A stretch of DNA of 59,296 bases from a virus: positions 1-59,296 of the IMG/VR virus record IMGVR_UViG_3300044552_000050. One strand, given 5' to 3'. Positions 50,914 to 57,679 of the stretch are shown piece after piece. How positions within the stretch are numbered: the stretch's first letter is position 1; every line of letters starts with the position of its first letter. Made by a program: the position numbers and the translations under genes. The notes under the pieces were generated by a model. That model saw only the letters and a program-made list of their open reading frames with translations. It searched no databases and was not told the DNA's origin.

Positions 50914-50971
50914 CCCCGAGGAAATTGACCCCGAGGAAATAGCAACCCGGAGAAATTGACCCCGAGGAAAT
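50914..50971. repeat. Four direct repeats (TTGA)CCCCGAGGAAAT in the early control region
   Basis: CCCCGAGGAAAT at 50914, 50929 and 50960. Variant CCCGGAGAAAT at 50946. Confidence 0.8.
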
Positions 50972-50991
50972 ATGAAAAGGATTGACAGACG

Positions 50992-51010
50992 ACTCACGCG
51001 CTGCGAGTGT
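50992..51010 (+). promoter_or_regulatory. ACTCAC-N7-GAGTGT dyad, copy i, next to a TTGACA box
   Basis: TTGACA (50982-50987) followed by gacgACTCACGCGCTGCGAGTGT. 21 nt upstream of the 51032 ATG. Confidence 0.45.
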
Positions 51011-51031
51011 TCGGGCTTCCGTTAATCAACC

Positions 51032-51283
51032 ATGAATAAGGACATGAGTATGGTGCAAATTGAACACGGCGTTGAGCTTCCCAATGTCGGACGCCCGAAG
51101 GAAATGGGCGAAAAATGGAAACTGCATGAAATGGCAGTCGGTGATTCCATTCTGATCGAAAACGCGGATGAAGTACGCCGTGTGTTCGCTGCCATCCGCC
51201 GTCGCAAGACCGTCCATCCGAAAGAGCAGTTCACGTCTCGCGCCGTCGCACCTGAAGGGCGCCGGTTCTGGCGCACTGCCTAA
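51032..51283 (+). CDS. Hypothetical protein (paralog of 53956..54297)
   Basis: 83 aa. MAVGDSILI...FTSRAV...RRFWRTA resembles MGVGQSFSL...FAFRTV...SRMWRVK. Confidence 0.55.
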   Translation: MNKDMSMVQIEHGVELPNVGRPKEMGEKWKLHEMAVGDSILIENADEVRRVFAAIRRRKTVHPKEQFTSRAVAPEGRRFWRTA

Positions 51284-51323
51284 CACCACTCACCGAATTG
51301 ATGCTGAACAGGGAAATACGAAT

Positions 51324-52058
51324 ATGGAATATCGCTTTGGTTGGATGACCGAATCTGTTGAACGCGAACTATTCGCCATTGCCGGTGAAGGTCATGCGCG
51401 TTGGACGTTTGAAGTTCGCCGTGAAATCGGAAAGTACGGTAAGTGTGTGCGCGGCACCATATTCATCAGCGATGAAGGTATCAGGCGTATAGAGGATGCC
51501 CGTCGGGTGAAACTCGCTGCGCGTAATGGCAACACGAACGAATTTGCTGAACGCTTTAAGCAGAAGATGGAGTCCATTCTCGGTAAGTTCTTTGAGCAGG
51601 TCGCCAGAGACTATGCCGACCAACGGCGCGTACATTTCGTCACTAACGAAGAAATAGCGAATCTGCTGAAACCGAAGAATTCGCCAGAAGCTATTGTAGC
51701 GAAACCGAAGAATTCTCCGGGTCGCGTTCTCGCTAGTGCGAAGGCGTATGCGCGTGAAGCGTTCGGCATGTCATGGGATGCTATGAGTAAGGATTGGCAG
51801 GATGAAGCGTTATCCCTTGTTTCCAAAATTCTCGACGCCACGGATGGTCCGACCAAGGAACTTGCCGGTAAAATCCATGAATTGGAAGCTGAAAACGCCC
51901 GTCTGGAAAACGAACTGGCTAAACGCGCCGGTCACGCGGGAATTCTTCGTGCGAACAAACACCTGACTGAAGCACTCGCGCTTGCCCGTACAAAGGTCAG
52001 CCCCGACCATCCGGTGCAGAAAGAAATCGACGCCATTCTTGAAGGATTGGGCGCATGA
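51324..52058 (+). CDS. Hypothetical protein
   Basis: ATG at 51324 (MEYRFGW). 244 aa, C-terminal coiled-coil, short KPKNSP tandem repeat. Confidence 0.55.
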   Translation: MEYRFGWMTESVERELFAIAGEGHARWTFEVRREIGKYGKCVRGTIFISDEGIRRIEDARRVKLAARNGNTNEFAERFKQKMESILGKFFEQVARDYADQRRVHFVTNEEIANLLKPKNSPEAIVAKPKNSPGRVLASAKAYAREAFGMSWDAMSKDWQDEALSLVSKILDATDGPTKELAGKIHELEAENARLENELAKRAGHAGILRANKHLTEALALARTKVSPDHPVQKEIDAILEGLGA

Positions 52059-52474
52059 CCGACAAGAAATTCCCGAACTGTGGTGCAGATAGTCATAACA
52101 CAACCAGTATAATGGGTGGTCATATTCCTATCGCTGGCTTTATCGCGCCAAAGCAGGCTGAAAAAGCCGTCCTCGGCACTGCGCCACGTTTGACACTTCA
52201 TCCGCGAGGGAGTGGTGGAAAGAGATATACTGTGGCTCTCGTCCTCCACTCCGATGCCCAAGCCCAGATCGCGGGGCTTGAAGCTGAGGTTGTGCGGTTG
52301 CGTAGTGCGTTAGAGTTTTACGGAAATCCGTCTAACTATATCGACACACCGCCGTGGGACGGAGACCCGGATTGCATAACCCCTCACGCTATTCCGGTAT
52401 TGGATCATGGCGACGACGGGAGGCCATGTGATTGCGGTGATACCGCGCGTAACGCCCTGAAAGGCGGTGCGTGA
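52055..52474 (+). CDS. Hypothetical protein
   Basis: 139 aa. ATGA overlap with the upstream stop. Confidence 0.5.
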   Translation: MTDKKFPNCGADSHNTTSIMGGHIPIAGFIAPKQAEKAVLGTAPRLTLHPRGSGGKRYTVALVLHSDAQAQIAGLEAEVVRLRSALEFYGNPSNYIDTPPWDGDPDCITPHAIPVLDHGDDGRPCDCGDTARNALKGGA

Positions 52475-52737
52475 TGACCGATTGGAATGGATTCCCGCCT
52501 GAGCCGTTCAGAACGTCGATGGCACCGACCGCCCATTATCTGCGGAACAAGCACACACGGAATATCGTGCAGGCGCATTACTTTTCGCCGTGGTCTTCGT
52601 GGAAAACTGAAAACCATCGCAGTCTGCTGATTGATGAAGTCGCCAGCTATTACGAATACCTGGGTCCGGCAGTCTCAGCAGACGAATACACGGAGATTGC
52701 TGCAATCGTGCGTAAGCGCGCCGTGGACGCCATCTAG
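52474..52737 (+). CDS. Hypothetical protein, ending at an in-frame TAG that is followed by 29 more sense codons
   Basis: TGATG coupling at the start. See the finding on TAG 52735. Confidence 0.5.
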   Translation: MTDWNGFPPEPFRTSMAPTAHYLRNKHTRNIVQAHYFSPWSSWKTENHRSLLIDEVASYYEYLGPAVSADEYTEIAAIVRKRAVDAI

Positions 52738-52823
52738 AAGCGCCGCGCTGAAGCTGCCTCGCGCGGTATCGCGGCGTACATTCTCGCGGCTTACGCCAAC
52801 GCTATTCGCGCTGTGGAGGGTTC

Positions 52824-53045
52824 ATGATGCTCGCACTGTATGTAATCGCCGGTGTCATTGGTTACTGGCTTGCAGGTATCGTTATTGCCCGTCTGTGTTG
52901 GTGGACATGGAGTTTTACCGAGTTTGATGCAACAGACAGCGATGGAGTGTCTGGACTGCTTGTAATCATCATATTTTGGCCGTTTGTCGGTTTTTTCGCC
53001 CTCACGCTCAAACTGTTCGCGGCTATGATGCGAAGGGATTCATAA
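52824..53045 (+). CDS. Small membrane protein
   Basis: 73 aa with two strongly hydrophobic helices. Confidence 0.55.
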   Translation: MMLALYVIAGVIGYWLAGIVIARLCWWTWSFTEFDATDSDGVSGLLVIIIFWPFVGFFALTLKLFAAMMRRDS

Positions 53046-53395
53046 TGAACAGGGCAGAACTGCAAGCGTGGATCGAAACGCTCAAGCCCGGTGATGAAGT
53101 TGCGTTCGATGAACGATCTGGTGGTTGGTACGCCTCGCGCTACCGAATCCTGAAGGTCGAACGCACCACGAAAACGCAGATTATCACGCTCACTGGACAC
53201 CGTTTTCGTAAAAAGGATGGTCAGGAAGTAGGCGGAGAATTATGGAAGAATATCGAACCTGTCACCGATGCAGTGCGTGAGAAAATCCGTCGTCAGATTG
53301 CAGTTTCCCGTTTCAAGGCCATTCGGATGAAACCTGACAACTACACCACTGACCAACTGGAAGCGGTGATTGAGATTTTGGAGCGCAAGGAATGA
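53045..53395 (+). CDS. Hypothetical protein
   Basis: ATG at 53045 overlaps the upstream stop (TAATG). 116 aa. Confidence 0.5.
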   Translation: MNRAELQAWIETLKPGDEVAFDERSGGWYASRYRILKVERTTKTQIITLTGHRFRKKDGQEVGGELWKNIEPVTDAVREKIRRQIAVSRFKAIRMKPDNYTTDQLEAVIEILERKE

Positions 53396-53604
53396 GTGTG
53401 CAATCCCGCGCCCGGTCACTGACGGAGTCCCTGACCAACACTGGAATTGGTCTCGTGATTTCGATGGTAACATGGCGTTTTGTTGCATGGCTTTACTGCA
53501 TACCGACCAGTGGCGGGCAGACGGTCGGTATCACTGCCATTTTCACAATCGTCTCAATCGTGCGCGGCTATTTCGTCCGTCGCTGGTTCAATAGGAAAGC
53601 GTGA
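53392..53604 (+). CDS. Small membrane protein
   Basis: 70 aa with two hydrophobic helices. ATGA overlap. Confidence 0.55.
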   Translation: MSVQSRARSLTESLTNTGIGLVISMVTWRFVAWLYCIPTSGGQTVGITAIFTIVSIVRGYFVRRWFNRKA

Positions 53605-53966
53605 TGACCAGTAAAAAGCCACCAGTGATTGTGCGTTCGCCACTGACGAACCGTATTTTCTTCATCCGGGCATACAAAGACCTGGGCGAAGGTAGAATCG
53701 AAGCCACCGGCAAAAAAGAAGACATTACAGCGCAGTTCACGGCACTGCATAAGCAGTTGCTTGATGCCAAGATGGGCGAAATCCGCAAGCTGCTGGAACC
53801 GATCTTTTCTGAAGCCGAAGGGTATTTCCCGTCCAAAATGCGTGGATATTCGGCGTTCTTAAATGAACGCAGGTACGAAGGGCTTTCACATACTGACCAT
53901 ATCCGGGTGAATGACCTGTTCGCGCTGTATGAATACTTCAAGGGACCGATAACAGATGACCAGTAA
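53604..53966 (+). CDS. Hypothetical protein
   Basis: TGATG coupling. 120 aa. Confidence 0.5.
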   Translation: MTSKKPPVIVRSPLTNRIFFIRAYKDLGEGRIEATGKKEDITAQFTALHKQLLDAKMGEIRKLLEPIFSEAEGYFPSKMRGYSAFLNERRYEGLSHTDHIRVNDLFALYEYFKGPITDDQ

Positions 53967-54297
53967 GAAATCAAAAATGTTGAAACGTGTGTCTGCTCAT
54001 GCCAGCAAACCGAACGTGGGCAGAATAATGTTGTGGAGTCCCGCAAACCGCGAAAACCCGGAAGCAGCCCATGTCTGCAACAAGGAAACCGAGAACACCA
54101 GTTTCGGGCCTGACTGGACTCCGACCGTGCTGGAAGGGATGGGTGTAGGGCAAAGTTTCTCGCTGCCCGGCCATCTGGTGAAGCTGTGGACTGAAACAGC
54201 GGCTAAGCTGCGCGCGCGCGTGCCGGAATGCGCTGACTGGAAGTTTGCGTTCCGCACTGTTGACGAATTGAACTCTCGCATGTGGAGGGTGAAGTGA
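53956..54297 (+). CDS. Hypothetical protein (paralog of 51032..51283)
   Basis: 113 aa. Shared blocks with the 83-aa protein. Confidence 0.5.
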   Translation: MTSKKSKMLKRVSAHASKPNVGRIMLWSPANRENPEAAHVCNKETENTSFGPDWTPTVLEGMGVGQSFSLPGHLVKLWTETAAKLRARVPECADWKFAFRTVDELNSRMWRVK

Positions 54298-54473
54298 CTC
54301 AGGAAAGCCGGATGACGAATGAGCAATTTGTGCGCCATGTAGAGGCGGTACACGCATTGGCCGGGTATATCCGCCATGATGGCGCGACCAAAGCGCGGGT
54401 TCTCAAACAAATGCGCGATGACGGGTTTACACCTGATGAAATTGCGCGCGCAGCATCGGACTTATTGCCATGA
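54294..54473 (+). CDS. Hypothetical small protein
   Basis: GTG at 54294 overlaps the upstream TGA (GTGA) and sits 4 nt after GGAGGG. The ORF track starts at 54282. Confidence 0.45.
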   Translation: MTQESRMTNEQFVRHVEAVHALAGYIRHDGATKARVLKQMRDDGFTPDEIARAASDLLP

Positions 54474-54853
54474 CCAAGGATTTTTCAGGCATTCCGCCAT
54501 ATCCGTTCCACCAACGCCCATTCCTCGACCACGTTCTGATGCGTAAAACTGACCGTCGTTTGGTCGAGGTGCGCTGGATACCTGATGCAGCCGCGAGCGG
54601 ACAATGGGTGTTCGGCAACGGTCGATGGGCTTCTGTAGGTGAAATTGCAGAACGGTTTTACTATATCACGCCCGTTGTGAAGACCTGGCCTACGGATTCC
54701 GAGGCAGAACGTCTGCGTGAGGTCGCCCAAACGATAACCACAATGGCTAGAACCGCTCGGCAGTGCTTGGAAAATAAGCGCACTGACGATTGCTGGAATG
54801 AACTGGTCGCACTGTCCCGATATGCGCTAGTGGCGCTGGAAGACGGGAAATAA
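54470..54853 (+). CDS. Hypothetical protein
   Basis: 127 aa. ATGA overlap. Confidence 0.5.
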   Translation: MTKDFSGIPPYPFHQRPFLDHVLMRKTDRRLVEVRWIPDAAASGQWVFGNGRWASVGEIAERFYYITPVVKTWPTDSEAERLREVAQTITTMARTARQCLENKRTDDCWNELVALSRYALVALEDGK

Positions 54854-54858
54854 TCGAA

Positions 54859-54948
54859 ATGATGTTTTGGATTATCCTTTTCGTCTCGTTTTTGTTCGCA
54901 ATACTAATTGGCATACTAATGATCCTAAGCGGAGATATGCTGCCATGA
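54859..54948 (+). CDS. 29-aa hydrophobic micro-protein (below the ORF-track cutoff)
   Basis: MMFWIILFVSFLFAILIGILMILSGDMLP. Its TGA overlaps the next ATG (ATGA). Confidence 0.45.
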   Translation: MMFWIILFVSFLFAILIGILMILSGDMLP

Positions 54949-55142
54949 AACCTACACTCGTTATACTTGGACTCGTGTTTCTCGGAATCGCGTGGTGCAT
55001 CACATACCGTGAATCCCTTACTCTGTTTTTCACTGCACTGGTGAACTTCGGAAAACACGTTCGCAGCAAACTCACGTTCGGTGACGGTGTTGCAATCGGG
55101 TTTTCGTGCGCTGCGTTACTCACCTGTTGGGTTATTTCGTGA
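54945..55142 (+). CDS. Small membrane protein
   Basis: MKPTLVILGLVFLGIAWCI...GFSCAALLTCWVIS. Start taken at the ATG at 54945. Confidence 0.5.
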   Translation: MKPTLVILGLVFLGIAWCITYRESLTLFFTALVNFGKHVRSKLTFGDGVAIGFSCAALLTCWVIS

Positions 55143-55228
55143 TGCGCGGAATCACGTATGGAGTGATTTCCGGTTGCGTCTTATGGACACTGATGATATG
55201 CGTAATTCGGTTATTCGCATTACGCTAA
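55142..55228 (+). CDS. 28-aa hydrophobic micro-protein (below the ORF-track cutoff)
   Basis: MRGITYGVISGCVLWTLMICVIRLFALR. Its ATG overlaps the upstream TGA (TGATG). Confidence 0.4.
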   Translation: MRGITYGVISGCVLWTLMICVIRLFALR

Positions 55229-55252
55229 ACCAAATTTACAGGGAAAAGAGTT

Positions 55253-55969
55253 ATGGATGCTGATTACGAAATTCCGAACCTGCCGATTCACACGGCGCTG
55301 ATTACCGGCATCACGATGCCACTGCTGCCCGGCATCAAGACGCCTGCTGAACTGCTGGCGCACCATGCACGTGTGTCGTCCACGGCCAACCAGTACAAGC
55401 ACGAAAGCGGTGCGAAACTGATTCGCCGTCTGATCGAACGCAAAGAGCCGTCGCCGCTGGAAATGGTGTCTCTGAACTTCCAGGTTCACACCACACGCGA
55501 CATTGGGCGGCAGATGATCCGTCATCCATCGCTTCGACCACAGGAATTCAGCGGTCGCTATTCCGTAATGGACTACACCCTCTATCTGCGCGAATGCCGG
55601 TTGCAGCATCCCACTGACCGCCAAATGTCCGTTGAACTGGATATGTCCAATCCTGAACACCGAGCATTGGCCGACTGGTGGAAGGATGTACAGGGAGAAC
55701 TTCACGCCCATGCACAGGATATTTATCACGAGGCACTTGGCAAAGGGATCGCCAAAGAGTGCTCCCGTGCTGTGCTGCCCGAGGGTAACACTGGCACGAT
55801 GTTCTATTTCGCGTCCCCTCTGCGTAACTGGTTTTTCTATTGCGCGCAGCGGTCTGAACTGAAGACGCAGAAAGAGCATCGCTCAATCGCCAATTCGATC
55901 TGGCCTCAGATCGTTGAACACTTCCCCATGCTGGCCGATCTGCTGCCTACCGACTCACGCGAGGGGTGA
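55253..55969 (+). CDS. thyX: FAD-dependent thymidylate synthase ThyX-like
   Basis: ThyX signature region IRHPSLRPQEFSGRY (canonical RHRxxxxxxxSxRY). About 240 aa. Confidence 0.75.
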   Translation: MDADYEIPNLPIHTALITGITMPLLPGIKTPAELLAHHARVSSTANQYKHESGAKLIRRLIERKEPSPLEMVSLNFQVHTTRDIGRQMIRHPSLRPQEFSGRYSVMDYTLYLRECRLQHPTDRQMSVELDMSNPEHRALADWWKDVQGELHAHAQDIYHEALGKGIAKECSRAVLPEGNTGTMFYFASPLRNWFFYCAQRSELKTQKEHRSIANSIWPQIVEHFPMLADLLPTDSREG

Positions 55970-55971
55970 TT
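55953..55971 (+). promoter_or_regulatory. ACTCAC-N7-GTGATT junction element, copy j
   Basis: CGACTCACGCGAGGGGTGATTATG spans the thyX stop and the next start. Confidence 0.6.
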
Positions 55972-56190
55972 ATGAAAAACCGGGACTTCAAACAGGTCAA
56001 AAAAGATACAGTCGTAGCGTTTGATGACGCGCGCGATTATGTTTCTGGCATATATACTGTCGTCAGTCGCAGTTCGTTCAGTATATGCCACGCAAAAAGC
56101 AAGCAGACCGGCTCAGTTATATTCTTCGGCAAATTGTCATGGTATAATCGGCGCGGCTTTATTGTTGATGTAGACTCACGCGAGGAGTGA
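55972..56190 (+). CDS. Hypothetical protein
   Basis: ATG immediately after junction element j. 72 aa. Confidence 0.5.
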   Translation: MKNRDFKQVKKDTVVAFDDARDYVSGIYTVVSRSSFSICHAKSKQTGSVIFFGKLSWYNRRGFIVDVDSREE

Positions 56191-56192
56191 CT
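56174..56192 (+). promoter_or_regulatory. ACTCAC-N7-GTGACT junction element, copy k
   Basis: AGACTCACGCGAGGAGTGACTTTG spans a stop and the next start. Confidence 0.6.
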
Positions 56193-56990
56193 TTGGCGTT
56201 TTACAACGACATTGACCCTAACGCCGCGAGGACACTGACGAATCTGATGGCCGAAGGTATCCTGCCATCAGGTATCGTGTCGCAGGCATCTATTCTGGAC
56301 CTGACACCTGATGACCTACGTTTGCACAGACAGGCACATTTCTTTGCTGGCATTGGCGGCTGGCCTTTTGCCCTGCAACTGGCCGGATATGGTGATCTTC
56401 CGTGCTGGACAGGTTCCCCACCCTGTCAGCCATTCTCTGTCGCAGGACAGCAGCGCGGCACGGACGACGAACGCCATCTTGCACCCACCTGGCTCGAACT
56501 TATCAAAGCGGGCAGACCTCCAAGCCTCTTTGGGGAGCAGGTTGCAGACGCTATTAGGCACGGATGGCTCGACGCTCTATTCGATGCACTGGAAGCAGAA
56601 GGTTACACCTGCGGGGCGGCAGTATTGCCAGCTTGTAGCGTCGGCGCGCCGCACGTCCGAAAGCGATTGTTCTTTGGTGCGGTCAGGCTGGCCGACACCG
56701 ACCGTGCAGGACTCCTCGAACAATGGCGGTCCAAGTCAGTTCAATCGGAACACGCTACCTCTGAACACGCTGGTCAAAACTATAGAGCCAATCCGCTTAA
56801 CGGCTTCTGGTCAAACACTGACTGGCTCGGATGCAGGGACGGCAAGTTCCGGCCAGTTGAACCCGGCACACAGCCGTTGGCTGATGGGTTATCCGGCAGA
56901 GTGGGATTATTGCGGGGGTATGGAAACGCAATCGTCCCTCAATTAGCAGCAGTGTTCATTGCGGCTTTTATGGACTCGATTTTATCTTAA
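56187..56990 (+). CDS. DNA (cytosine-5)-methyltransferase
   Basis: FFAGIGGW (motif I), GSPPCQPFSVAG (IV), FGEQV (VI), GAPHVRKRLFF (VIII), GYGNAIVPQ (X). The nested +1-frame ORF 56311..56946 also looks methyltransferase-like (see finding). Confidence 0.85.
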   Translation: MTLAFYNDIDPNAARTLTNLMAEGILPSGIVSQASILDLTPDDLRLHRQAHFFAGIGGWPFALQLAGYGDLPCWTGSPPCQPFSVAGQQRGTDDERHLAPTWLELIKAGRPPSLFGEQVADAIRHGWLDALFDALEAEGYTCGAAVLPACSVGAPHVRKRLFFGAVRLADTDRAGLLEQWRSKSVQSEHATSEHAGQNYRANPLNGFWSNTDWLGCRDGKFRPVEPGTQPLADGLSGRVGLLRGYGNAIVPQLAAVFIAAFMDSILS

Positions 56991-56991
56991 A

Positions 56992-57010
56992 ACTCACGCG
57001 AGGTGTGATT
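56992..57010 (+). promoter_or_regulatory. ACTCAC-N7-GTGATT junction element, copy l
   Basis: AAACTCACGCGAGGTGTGATTATG, directly before the 57011 ATG. Confidence 0.6.
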
Positions 57011-57679
57011 ATGAACACGTTACTTCCTGAAGACCTGAACCACGTTGTCCGCTCACTGCCGAAAGACGTTCGGGGATTGCTCAAGGCAACGCCCGGTCGT
57101 TATCTGGCAGGCGGTTTCATCCGCTCAATCATTGCGGGTGAGCCGGTACAGGATATTGACCTGTTTACGGACAGCACACCGCACTGCCATTCGCTCGCGG
57201 TCAAACTGGCTGACGAACGCAAAGTGAAGCCTTATGAAACTGAAAACGCCTTCACCATTGCAGCGCGCGGCCAGACTCCGGTACAGGTGATCCAGCGTTG
57301 GGTCTATGACAATCCGACCGACCTCTGCGATAGCTTCGATTTTTCGATTGCGCGCGCTGTTGTTTGGCATTCTGACGACTCATGGCATTCGCTGTGTGAC
57401 GAACACTATTATGCCGATCTTGCTGCGCGTCGCCTGCGCTACATGGCACCTGTGCGGAACGAAGATGCGGGCGGAAGTTTCCTGCGGATGCAGAAATTCC
57501 TGCGTCGTGGTTACAAGATTTCGCTCGAGGAATGCGCCAAGGTCGTGAACCGGCTCATGCGCGGCGTTCGCCCTGGGTTTGCCGAAATGGACGATGAAAT
57601 GCGCTCCAAGGTTATCGCAGGCGTGCTTCGTGACGTCGATCCGCTGAACATCGTGGACGGAGTGCCTTACGATGGCTGA
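57011..57679 (+). CDS. Minimal nucleotidyltransferase (CCA-adding / poly(A) polymerase head-domain-like)
   Basis: AGGFIRSIIAGEPVQDIDLFT resembles GGxVRDxxxGxxxxDxD. DSFDFSIARA resembles RDFTINA. Only 222 aa. Confidence 0.5.
   Translation: MNTLLPEDLNHVVRSLPKDVRGLLKATPGRYLAGGFIRSIIAGEPVQDIDLFTDSTPHCHSLAVKLADERKVKPYETENAFTIAARGQTPVQVIQRWVYDNPTDLCDSFDFSIARAVVWHSDDSWHSLCDEHYYADLAARRLRYMAPVRNEDAGGSFLRMQKFLRRGYKISLEECAKVVNRLMRGVRPGFAEMDDEMRSKVIAGVLRDVDPLNIVDGVPYDG

Noticed and set aside
52735-52737. Genome-wide TAG reassignment as the explanation for the in-frame TAG.
   Set aside because: TAG ends at least one well-supported gene at a sensible position: the methyltransferase 1234..2292, immediately followed by an RBS and a new ORF. 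Global recoding is therefore unlikely.
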